Assembly: GCF_001194135.2 (NCBI RefSeq)
Contig: NC_068999.1
Location: 47,881,887-47,945,886 of the forward strand
From: Octopus bimaculoides
Lineage: Eukaryota
DNA length: 64,000 bases
Reading direction: 5' to 3'
Program-made: the position numbers and the translations under genes
Notes under the pieces: generated by a model
Seen by the model: only the letters and a program-made list of their open reading frames with translations
Database searches by the model: none
What the model was told of the DNA's origin: nothing
In this document: piece by piece, positions 28,405 to 40,088 of the stretch
How the letters are laid out: every line of letters starts with the position of its first letter
Position numbering within the stretch: the first letter of the stretch is position 1

Positions 28405-30274
28405 AAGGTGGCAAGCTGGCAGAATCGTTAGCACGCTGAGCAAAATGCTTTGTGGCATTTTGTCCGTCTGTACATTCTGAGTTCAAATTTCACCAAGGTC
28501 TACTTTGTCTTTCATCCTTCCAGAGTCAATAAAATAAGTAAGTACCAGTTATGCCCTGGGGTGAATGTAATCAACTTATCTCCTGCCCACAAATTTCAGG
28601 CCTTGTGCCTATAGTAGAAATGATGATTATTATTTTTATTATTATTATTATTATTATTATGGTAGCAAGTTAACAGGATTATTAGCACACTGGGAAAAAT
28701 GCATGGTGACATTTACTCCTTCTATATGTTCTGAGTTCAAATTCTGCTGAGTATTATTATTATTATCAACAGTGAGCTAGCAGGATTGTTGTAGCATTGG
28801 AACAAAGCTTTGTGGTATTTCTTTCAGCCCTTTGCTTTCTGAGTTGAAATGGTGCTATTGTCAGCTTTACCTTCCATCCTTTCGTGGTCGATAAAATTAG
28901 TAGCAGTCCAGCACAGTGAAACATCACATGGAGGACATGATTGAGAATTGTATTGTTTGGTGTTACACAGTGTTGAAGACCTAATCACCCGTGCAAGCCC
29001 GGTGGAACACATGCTAAAATGAGATTAGTTATGGAGGCTGAGATTTGTATCTCTGCACACGTGTGTGTGTGTATTTATATNNNNNNNNNNNNNNNNNNNN
29101 NNNNNNNNNNNNNNNNNNNNNNNNNNNNNNNNNNNNNNTATATAAAGCACCATCTGAATGTGGTCAATGCCAGTGTCCCCTGACTGGCATCTGTACCAGT
29201 GGCATGTAAAAAGCACCCACTACACTCTTGGAGTGGTTGGCGTTAAAGATGTGTTAAAGAATTTTCCTTGTTTTATTAGTATTATTATTGGGATTATTTA
29301 CTTTTTGCCAAACCCACTTTGTGGTGCGAACGTCATGTAACTTGGATTTTCTACACCTGAGGAAGTCCAGCATTAGCCTGGAACCGGACAGTGTTGATAG
29401 CCCAGTATTTGGGTAGAGTACTTCTCTGGAAATACCCTAACTTTATAATCTATGTGTATACTTGATATGTCTGCATTAACATTCAAATGTGAATTTATCA
29501 ATGTACAGAAGTTTCTAAATTTTATGCAATTGTTCATAATGTTTTTTTTTTTGTTTTGCTGGTTTTGGATGCTGAATTTACTATGGAGGCATTGTTATGG
29601 CAGTTGACTTCCATAACAATGCCTGTATTTGTTTTACTTTCATAATACTTTTTATATTTGTTTCTGTTGTTAATTGGAATGTTCAATAAATAGTTTCCAT
29701 ATTGAAAAGTGTCTACACAATTTTGTACTTGTGATACTTTGTACGTTTTTTGCCAGATTATTGCTTAAAATGAATCGTAGCAAGCTGGCAGACTCATTAG
29801 CATGCCAGGCAAATTGCTTAGCAACATTTCATCCGTCTTCACGTTCTGAGCTCAAATTCTGCCAAGGACAACTTTCATCCTTTCAGGGTTGATAAAACAG
29901 GGACCAGCTGAATACTGGAGTTGATGTAATTGGCTTACCTCCTCCCCTGAAATTGCTGGCCTTGTACCAAAATTTGAAACCAAATATCAGAAGGCAATTT
30001 AAAGATGTTTTCCAATGTAATTTCTACCTGTCTTGTATATTTGTGTTTAAAAAAAAATATCAGAAAATCTCTGAGGAAATTTATTCAACAATTTATTGTG
30101 ATTTTGTGCATTTGTGCTCTATAATTCTATCAATGACTCTTCTTTATATAGATATGATGTTTTTAGTAGATGACAGAGTGAATATTCTGGTTTTCTTGTG
30201 CATTAGTCTTGTAAGAGACTTTATCAGGGAACTGCAATAAAATTGTGGTCTCAGTTTACTAGAAAAAACAACAA

Positions 30275-30625
30275 TTACACAAGAACACTCAGAGAGCACA
30301 GACATCCACCAAGGCAACACTAATGTCCTCTCAATGATTAACCGAAGATGATTTTTAAAATGAGAATATCTGCTCTCTAAAAATGAACCCAGCCGCTCTC
30401 AAAAGTTAAGTAAAAAAAAAAAAACGGAAAAACAATCCAGAATCTTTGTTCAGTACTGGATTGATCCCAAAATCTAATCAGTTCATGCCAGTCACAAGGC
30501 CAAACATCCCTGAAAGTTTCGGCAGTTCTTGAGATATCTTGTCCATGGACAAACAAACAAGCAAACAAGCACAACTGAAAACAATACCTCCACATTCGCT
30601 AAGGCGGAAAGGCGGAAGTAATAAA
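30275..30625 (+). mobile_element. HINE/DINE-1-like (Helentron-associated) non-autonomous element
   Basis: ACAAGAACACTC...ACATCCACCAAGG at the 5' end, an internal (ACAA)n microsatellite, and GAAAACAATACCTCC...GGCGGAAGTAATAA at the 3' end, i.e. degenerate subterminal inverted repeats around a microsatellite. Confidence 0.45.
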
Positions 30626-31506
30626 AATCCTTTCTGCTATAGGTACAAGCCTGAAATTTTGGGGGAGGGGACCAGTTGATTACATTGACCTCAGTGTTTC
30701 ACTGGTACTTAATAATAATAATATTGATAATAACAATTTCAAATTTTGGCACAAGGCCAGCAAGTTCGGGGGAGAGGCTAAGCCGATAACATCGACCCCA
30801 GTGCTCAACTGGTACTCATTCTATCAACCCTGAAAGGATGAAAGGCAAAGTCGACCTCGGTGGAATTTGAACTCAGAATGTAGCTATAGGTGAAATACTA
30901 CTAATTGTTTCATTCAGCATGCTAACAATTCTGCCAACTTTCCGCCTTAATGATGATGATGATGATGATGATGATAATAATAATAATAATCCTTTCTGCT
31001 ATAAGTACAAGACCCTGAAATTTGTGGGGAGTTGGGTAACTGATTACACTGGATCCAGTGGTCAACTGGTAGTTAAATTTATCAACCCCACTAAAATGAC
31101 GAAAGGCAAAGTTGACCTTGGTGTTATTTGAAAAGAGATGGAAGAAATGTTGTTAAGCACTTCATCACCTTAATAATAATAATAATAATAACTGGTGAAC
31201 TAACAACGTATTGAAGGATGGTATACAAAAAAATAAAATAATTATACTGAATAAAAGACAGGTACAACAACAAGAATCTCTATTCTTTTTCACTATCATA
31301 CTTACATCAGAGATAATGGTTTGAGTCACAAACTGCTCCAGTAGCTTCACATACAATGAATCCATTATAATATAGCCATAAACAATAGAGCCATTATAAA
31401 TTTCTATTCTTTCATAGAAAAAAATTCCATTAACGGAAAAGTATACTCTTTACATTGACAATTTTAAAGGTTGAGCATAAATTGCTTAATAAAATTATAT
31501 GAGTAA

Positions 31507-31539
<33 letters not shown>

Positions 31540-31660
31540 CAGTAATAATAGTAGTGCCTTGTTTGCTTCTGTTGATAAACAAAGTTGTCTTTTAGGAAAA
31601 TATAAATTTTCTTTGTTGACAAAGCATTTAAAAATATTTTTCTTTTGTTTCTTTTATTAG

Positions 31661-31741
31661 AGCCAGAATCTGGTGCTTCAGCAGCAGCCAACACTACTTC
31701 CTCTGCAGATTATGATTATCTTCTTAAGTTCTTGGCATTGG
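31661..31741 (+). CDS. RAB27: Rab27 coding exon (xPESGASAAANTTSSADYDYLLKFLALG)
   Basis: Acceptor TTATTAG, donor GTATGT at 31742. DYDYLLKFLALG is the Rab27 N-terminal signature. An in-frame TAA at 31603 upstream with no ATG shows the start codon must lie in an earlier exon. Confidence 0.9.
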
Positions 31742-32077
31742 GTATGTTGAAAAAAATATATATATATATATCTTGTCATATTTTCATTCTGAATAATTTG
31801 AAAACTAGCAGATCTTAGTTATATTAACCTCTCATCACCTGGCATAAAACTCACCTCTATCAATATTACCTCCTGTCACTTCCTCAATCAAGGGGTCTTG
31901 TTTTGCAAGCTACTTGGTGACTTCACTGGTGTTGGTACCATGTAAAAAGAACCCAATAGACTGTTAAGTCATTGGCATTAAGAAAGGTATCCAGCAGTAG
32001 AAACCATACCAAAGCAGACATTGGAGCCATATGTAGCTCTCTGACTTGCTGGCTCCATTCAAATCATCCAACCCATA

Positions 32078-32340
32078 AATAATTAAAATAAATGCGCCCT
32101 TTTAAAGCCTAGCCAGGCTCATGGGCCCGGTTTCCCGGTTTCAATAGCGTATGTGTTCTCCAGCTGGACGGGACGCCAGTCCATCGCAGCGTTACTCATT
32201 TTTGCCAGCTGAGTGGACTGGAGCAACGTGAAATGAAGTGTTTTGCTCAAGAACACAATGCGTTGCCTGGTCCAGGAATTGAAGCCACAATCTTATGATC
32301 ATGATGCTGACACCCTAACCACTAAGCCACGTGCCTCCAC
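32078..32340 (-). mobile_element. tRNA-headed SINE with V-domain-like core, nested in a family A SINE, 15-bp TSD
   Basis: ATCATCCAACCCATA at 32063-32077 and 32341-32355; internal GCGATGGACTGGCGTCCCGTCCAG on -. Confidence 0.85.
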
Positions 32341-32751
32341 ATCATCCAACCCATACCAGCATGGAAAACTAACATTAATTGATGAGGATGATTTAATATT
32401 TGCATGAAGTGGTGGTTCAGTTTCATGTAACATTTATGCCAGTACCAGATACTCCAGTTAGTACCTCACTTTTGGTTCAATGAGCACCTGGCTGGAGCTT
32501 GTACCACTGACAGAAAGTACCAATTCCCTGACAAAAAAGTTTTTCAGTGGATGAATGCCAACAGATTGCAAAGGACCCCAAACCATAAGTAACACCTTTG
32601 CAGGTTGCTTTACCATCAGGCACATAATTACATACTTTATTATATTCTACAGTTTACTTATTCAACACTTTCCTGTTGGTGCACTGTATATATGTATGTA
32701 TGTATGTATGTACGTTGGTACGTATGTACGTACGTATGTATACATACAGCA

Positions 32752-32980
32752 AAGGCGGTGAGCTGGCAGAAACGTTAGCACGCCGGGCGAAATGCTTAGC
32801 GGTATTTCGTCTGCCGCTACGTTCTGAGTTCAAATTCTGCCGAGGTCGACTTTGCCTTTCATCCTTTCGGGGTCGATTAAATAAGTACCAGTTACGCACT
32901 GGGGTCGATATAATCGACTTAATCCGTTAGTCTGTCCTTGTTTGTCCCCTCTGTGTGTAGCCCCTTGTGGGCAGTAAAAA
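32752..32980 (+). mobile_element. SINE family C (AAGGCGGTGAGCTGGCAGAA head; core GCCTTTCATCCTTTCGGGGTCGAT..AATAAGTACCAG)
   Basis: B-box-like GAGTTCAAATTC. More than 15 copies, e.g. 23430-23580, 28405-28620, 29775-29990, 30630-30935(-), 33775-34010, 51950-52150(-), 53245-53870(-, three in tandem) and 62390-62600. Confidence 0.85.
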
Positions 32981-33096
32981 AAAAAATAGGTATACATACA
33001 GCAAAGTTTTTTTTTATAGCGGATATATTTACTCCCCACCCCACACATACACACATATATTCCTACATAAATATATGTCACTATTTATGTTTTCAG

Positions 33097-33203
33097 GTGA
33101 TTCTGGAGTAGGGAAAACAAGTTTTCTCTATCAGTACACAGATAATACATTCGTCTCCAAATTTACTTCAACAGTTGGAATTGATTTCCGAGAAAAACGA
33201 GTT
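33097..33203 (+). CDS. RAB27: Rab27 exon: P-loop GDSGVGKTS and switch [13 protein letters not shown]
   Basis: TTTCAG acceptor, GTAAGT donor; phase 1 in, phase 0 out; canonical G1/G2 motifs. Confidence 0.97.
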
Positions 33204-34640
33204 GTAAGTTGATTAAATTCCAATTACTAATATATATTCTTAGGCACTGTTTTCTTGAAGAGTTTATACATGTTAATCAAGAGTGTAAATTTTTTTCTTT
33301 CTTTTTAAAACTAAAATAAACAACTTTACGGAGATGTACTTGCATAGCAAGTGACCTGATCTGAGATCATGTGCTGGAATGAAAACAATTGCAGCGTGCA
33401 ATAAACAACTTGTTTTAGTAGAACATTTAAAGCCAACTTACTTACGAGTTACTTGGCAACTTCACTAGTGATAATGCCATGAAAAAACCTCCCAGTATAT
33501 TGTGCAAAGTGGTTTGCATTTGGAAGGACATCCAGCCATTGAAACCATATCAAGGCAGACATTGGACCTTGAGAAAGTTCTCTGGGGTACTGGGTCCTGT
33601 TATTTCTTGTAGGACTATTAACCACATAGAAACCAGCATCATGTTCTTCAGATACCAGGGCTGTCAAAGATATACTCACACAGACCTTGCAGAAACTTTT
33701 GTATATACACATTTATTTGTTGCTACAAGGGAGATTTTCTAATTGTTTGTAGCATTGTTCAAGTTGTTGGTAAGCTAATATTTATAAACACTGAGGGCAG
33801 AATCGTTTGCCCGCCAGGTGAAATGCCTAGCGGTCTGCCGTTACTTTCTGAGTTCAAATTCTGCTGAAGTCGACTTTGCCTTTCATCCTTTCGGGGTTGA
33901 TTAAATAAGTCCCAGTTACACAACAGGATTGATGTAATCGACTTAATCCCTTTGTCTGTCCTTGTTTTTTCCCCCTCTATATTTAGCCGCCTGTGGGCAG
34001 TAAAGATATATTTATGGACACTGAATAGGCTCGTTATAAACTGTGCTCCTATCAAATCTATACGATCTGGGAGTTTTGCTACTCAGATGTTTTATTGTTA
34101 AGTTGTTAGTTTCAGTTCAGATTAATGTTTGTTGTATGTTCAGTAATAATAAAAACAATTTTATATTAATTTGATGGGATACTCAGTAACCCATCAACGG
34201 TTCTCATTAATTTAATGTAACTGTTGTTTATATTTTTGTTCTGTTGTTTATAATTTGAAAAAAATTTTTCAAATTAATTTTTTAAATAAAATTATATTTG
34301 TTTCCATGCAATTTGAATTATTAAAGGATTAATAAAATAGATTTCTGCTATAGCGAGATTCAAAAGCATAAACTCTACTAATAATATGAGGTTGGTATGT
34401 GCAATGCTTTTGGAAGCTAGGTTTGGCACTCCATTATCAAAAAGTTGGCGACGCCTGGGTTACTCTATACTTTTGTAGAGTACAAATTTATTATTCTTAA
34501 CTGGCTGAAACTTTGAAGTCAACAACATTCTTACTTAAGAATGATAAATAGTTCCAGTTTAGAAATATTTTACATTTGTGGTTTTCAGGCTTTTTTTTTT
34601 TTTTTTGCAATATACAGCATATCTTTATCTTGGATTTTAG

Positions 34641-34726
34641 GTGCATCGGATACCTAGTGCTGATGGAACTGTAGGTCGAAGTCAAAGAATTTATCTTCAG
34701 TTATGGGATACTGCTGGCCAAGAAAG
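34641..34726 (+). CDS. RAB27: Rab27 exon: VHRIPSADGTVGRSQRIYLQLWDTAGQER
   Basis: TTTTAG acceptor, GTAATT donor; G3 motif WDTAGQE and the Rab27-type insert before it. Not in the ORF track (no ATG). Confidence 0.96.
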
Positions 34727-34958
34727 GTAATTTATTCACATAAACTAAAGTGAAGATAAATGAATCAAAAGACATAGTTATGAAACAATTATTATTGTGT
34801 CTAATGCGTACAAACTTTCCATTAGTTTTCAAATCAGCCAAACATCAAGGGGTTTGGGAATCTGCGATTGTTGTGAGATGTGGCAGTGTGGTAAGGAGTT
34901 TGTTTCCCAGCCATATGGTTTCTGGTTCAGTCTCAATGTGTGGCTCTTTGGGTGAGTG

Positions 34959-35288
34959 TATTCAAATGTATTGGATGAATCCACACACATGTATTAGTGG
35001 TACAGATTGTCAAGTAGAAAAAGTTGGTAATTGCATAAACAAAGGTGTGGGAGCATATAAGCATATAGAAACAAATGAGTAATTGAGCAAATGAGCAGAT
35101 TGTCACTAAAGCCACATACCCATTCGGTTTTAGTGACAATCTGCCCATTTGCTCATTTGCTCAATTACTCATTTGTTTCTATATGCTTATATACTCCCAC
35201 ACCTTTGTTTATGCAATTACCAACTTTTTCTACTTGACAATCTGTACCACTAATACATGTGTGTGGATTCATCCAATACATTTGAATA
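34959..35288. repeat. Near-perfect 330-bp fold-back (MITE-like palindrome) in a Rab27 intron
   Basis: Arms 34959-35110 and 35129-35288 are reverse complements except for one substitution and an 8-bp insertion; 18-nt spacer; TA at both ends. Confidence 0.92.
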
Positions 35289-35356
35289 AATAGACATACT
35301 GGAATGTTTACCAGCTGGTGTCTGTCGATTTTATATCCGCTCCACTTTCTTATTTG

Positions 35357-35426
<70 letters not shown>

Positions 35427-35504
35427 CCGAGTTTGTATGATTGTGTATAGAAGAATATATTAATCAATGAAATTCCAACTTAATCTGATTTCCACTTTTT
35501 ATTA

Positions 35505-35772
35505 TTTACAAATTTTACAGTATCATAATAATAGAATATTATGTATTTATTGTGATAAAACTAGTGCTTTCATGCATTATGCAATCATCAGGTTTATGTA
35601 GTAGCAGTAATAGTGACAGCAGTATTCCACAGTTGTCAATTGTGGAACATGACTGTCACTACTACTACTACTATTACTACATAAACCCGATGATTGCATA
35701 ATGCGTGAAAGTACTCGTTTTATCACAATAAATATATAATATTCTAGTATTATAATATTGTAAAATTGTAAA
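35505..35772. repeat. Second, diverged fold-back element in the same intron
   Basis: Arms about 35505-35631 and 35641-35772 are reverse complements with scattered mismatches and a TAG-repeat length difference. Confidence 0.85.
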
Positions 35773-36078
35773 AACTGTAAATAAGTCTTGAGTAGCAATG
35801 GCCTGCTAGTTGGAAACAGGAAATGTGTCAAGGCCAACAGGAAGCGGTGCTGCTTCCTAGGGCTAAATAGCAGTAGTATTATTCCCTTCATGGGACTGTC
35901 ATATTAAGTTGACAGCATACAACTACTTTATCGCATCACCACTGCATAAATCTCTCTGAGAGATTTAGAAATGTATTATTTCTATGTATAAAATTGTATC
36001 CTATAACATAGAGATGAAAAGAATAAATTCATTGAGCTTTTGTAAATTATTTTGATAGATTATTTTCTTCTTTAATAG

Positions 36079-36306
36079 GTACCGTAGTTTAACAACAGCG
36101 TTCTTTCGTGATGCAATGGGTTTTCTTGTTTTATTCGATCTGACAAATGAAAAATCATTTCTAAATATCCGGAGTTGGTTGACCGAGCTACAGACACATG
36201 CATACTGTGACAAACCAGATATTGTTTTGATTGGAAATAAGGCTGATCTTGAAGATCAACGCAAAGTCAGTGAGCAGAAAGTCTATAAACTTGTAGAAGA
36301 ATACAA
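36079..36306 (+). CDS. RAB27: Rab27 exon: (R)[22 protein letters not shown]...[12 protein letters not shown]...EEY(N)
   Basis: TAATAG acceptor, GTAGGT donor; phase 2 at both ends; [14 protein letters not shown] and G4 NKAD motifs. Confidence 0.97.
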
Positions 36307-37110
36307 GTAGGTTAATTTGACATATTATTTGATAATTAAATCGATTTGCAACTTTTTTGTCTTTTTCTTTCAAATTTTCTAAAATTTCATTTCCCCTCTT
36401 TTAAAAAATAGTTGTTTTGAAACAAATATCTTTATTAGTTCACCATCATCATCATCATAAGCTAATGCAGATATTTGTTTCAAAATAACCATATTTTAAA
36501 ATGAGAAATTGAAATTCATTGCAACTATTTTTTCTTCTATTTTTCCTAATTTTTTTGAATTTCATTTTCCCTCGTGAAAAAAAAATAATTAGTTGTTAAC
36601 TTCTATTTCCAAGGCCTTTTTCCATAAGTTTTCCTTTTATGAAACAATTTGTCAAATATATATTCCCAATTCAATAACAATTTCAAAGCTTTCTTATCTT
36701 CTAATATGTTGACATCCATTTTTTTGGAGCTTAGTTTTATCCCCTACTCAAGATACAATATCCATTTTCTTGATGACCTGGTCTGTTTTGCCATTGTGAT
36801 TTATGCCTGCACATGCCAGGTTACAGCTATGTTAAAAGTTTTCACCTTTAGAATCTGATTGCTCAACTGAATAGCTTCCTGTAGGTTCTCGTTAATCTTT
36901 GTTGTATTTACAACAGTTCTGTGCAGTATTTTCATCATTAGACAGATGCTTTCTTTGAATAATTTATGTAAAGAGCCATTGTTTCTTATGAAGAGCAGTT
37001 GCTAAACCCATGCTTGCTCCTTCCCCAACTCCTATCCTGTTGACTGGCATCCCTGTTTGAATAATAACAAGCAGGCAGAAAACTTTAACCTACATAACTA
37101 TGATTTAAAC

Positions 37111-37352
37111 TAGTGTTTCTCCATTGGGGTCCATATAAGATTTTGTTGCTAAAACTTGTGTGCAATAAATTGGTTATACTTCTACAATACACAAAATATT
37201 TTGATAATTTTTTAAATAAAGTTCCAAATAATATTTAATTATAAAAGTATAATAGGATTTTTTAAACATTGAATAGCTATGGGGGTTCCCCCACTCCAAA
37301 TAAAGTAGGAATCAAAGAGGTTCATAGGCAAAAAAATGGTTGAGAAACACTG
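37111..37352. mobile_element. hAT-type MITE, 242 bp, 8-bp TSD ATTTAAAC
   Basis: TIRs TAGTGTTTCTCCA and TTGAGAAACACTG; identical ATTTAAAC at 37103-37110 and 37353-37360. Confidence 0.85.
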
Positions 37353-37658
37353 ATTTAAACCTTTAACATATCTGGCCAAAATATTCTACCTGTTTTATGT
37401 TAAACTGTCCAGATCCAACCTCTGACATCTACCTACTTTGTCATTCTAAAAATATCATAAACACCATTAAAATCTGAAAGCTACAAAACAATGTATGACT
37501 AATTTAAAACAATGTGAATAAACAATCACTACATTTGACTGTGTCATCTGAATGCTTAAGGATTGAACTAAATAATAAAAAACATCAAGTAACAATCATT
37601 GTTTTCTTTTATATTATTTCCTTGTAACAATGATTTACATTTTTTTTTCTTTTTCTAG

Positions 37659-37866
37659 TTTAACATATTTTGAAACAAGTGCTTATACAGGCCAAAGTGT
37701 GGCCAAGGCTGTTGAGTGCCTTCTGGATAAGGTAATGATAAGTATGGAGCAGTGTGTGGATAAAAAGCTACTACCTTTTAAACAAGGTAATTATATAAAG
37801 GACACTAGCCAACAAAATGGTGCTGAGTTAGACTATCTGGACAACTCCAAAAAATGTGGCTGTTAA
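37659..37866 (+). CDS. RAB27: Rab27 last coding exon: LTYFETSA...KKCGC*
   Basis: TTCTAG acceptor; G5 ETSA motif; C-terminal CxC prenylation motif then TAA; AATAAA at 38121. Confidence 0.97.
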
Positions 37867-38769
37867 GTTCAATTAAATGTCACCAATTATGTGCTTTCAT
37901 TTAAGGAGTTGCTTTGAGTTCATCAAATCACAGTCCAAACTGCTCTAAATTTCCTTTATGCATTTTTATCATATTTCTGGATCTTTTTAACATATATTAA
38001 CATATTAAAAAATCACTATTTTTGCATAAATATTAAAATTGGTAATTGTTATATGAAATAACTATTTCTGTAATACATCACTGTTCATGATTTTCCTGTA
38101 TATCTATTGCATTAAATGTCAATAAACTATTAATACATGCCTTTTCTGGAAATAAACGTGTGTTCCATTTTCCATTCTTTGAAGCCTAAATCAGTCGTCA
38201 GTCTCTACGAAACAAAGCTCTATTCATTAAGGTTTGAACTCAGCATTGTCACATGCGTAGGCATGGCTGTGTGGCAGGAAGTTTTTATTTCCTCACCAAA
38301 TGATTCCAGATTTAGCCCCACTGTGGCAGCTTGGGCAAGTGTCTTCTACCTTAGCTTTGGGCCAACCAAAGCGTTGTGAGTGGATTTGGTAGATGGAAAC
38401 TGAAAGAAACCTATATGATATGTGTGTGTTTATTTCACCACTACTTTTTTGGTTGACTGTTTCTCAGTCACTTGAAAGGGATAAAAATGGTTTTATAATG
38501 TTCTTTCAACCAACTTAATTGTAAAAGTAGGCATGTGTAGTCTTTAAGCAGAAGTTTGTAATCTTAGTTACAACACACATACACACAATTTTGAAAGAAA
38601 AAGAATTAAACAAGATTAGCTCAAAATGAAAATTAACGTTTTTATTCTCATTGCAATTCTTTAGATATATGAGTAAATTGGTATCTCATTTGCATAAAGG
38701 CATAAATTAATTTTTAGAGAGAAAAGCACAATTTGAAAAGCACAGAGCAATGTAGATGCAGCTAAAAAG

Positions 38770-39249
<480 letters not shown>

Positions 39250-39528
39250 TCACAGTGCCTTGACCCCCAAGCATGCTAAGGCCAGCACCATGGATTGGAA
39301 TAGAGTGAAATAACATCATCACTAGAGTCCATCATCCATCAACACCTCCGACAGCGTATTGGTTGAGAGGACTGCCACCCCTCTGGTCACCACCTAGGGA
39401 TTTTACTTGCTTAATAAACATGAAGGTGCATGGCCTAGTGGTTAGGCTGTTGCACTCACGATCGCTAGTTCATTATATATATATTTATGTGTATTATCTT
39501 CTGGTCAATGGGCCAGTGAGATGGTGGA

Positions 39529-40088
39529 TGGGACACTGTCATATTATCTGATGAGTCCAGATTTGCTGTATTTTCTGATAGTGGTCAAGTGTTGGTCTGG
39601 AGACTGTGTGATCAAGAATTTGACATGAAAAGATTGCAGCCAACAATGAAACATGGCAGTTACACTTTGAAGGGCTGAGTAGCAAATTGGAGCAATGATC
39701 GATCAGAGCTGGTGGGATTTGAGAGAAACATAAACTCAGATAAATGTGTGTCCAGATTGCAGAAAGGACCCCTTCCAATCTTCTCCAGTGGTGAAATGAT
39801 TAAAGATTATTTATTTATTTATGGAAGATGGGGTTCTTTGTTACATGGTTTAAAAGACCCAAGATTGATTGGAAGAGAATGGCATTAAAAAGCTTCCTTG
39901 CGAAGCCAGTGACCAGATGTGGACCCTATTGAGCATAATGAACAGGACACTTCATAAAAAGAACAAAAAAGCATCCGCAAGAAATTTGGCAAGAAATTCC
40001 TCAAGAGGATATTCAACATCTGATCAGTGGCATGCCTAATAGGATTCTTGCATTGAAAAATGCAAAGGGAATGTCTACTAAATATTAG
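39529..40088 (+). pseudogene. Dead Tc1-family DDE transposase (LANCL3 intron 3)
   Basis: WDTVILSDESRF...LQPTMKHG, FMEDG, PDVDPIEH and MPNRILALKNAKGMSTKY* cover all three catalytic motif regions and the C-terminus, broken by stops and frameshifts. Confidence 0.85.
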
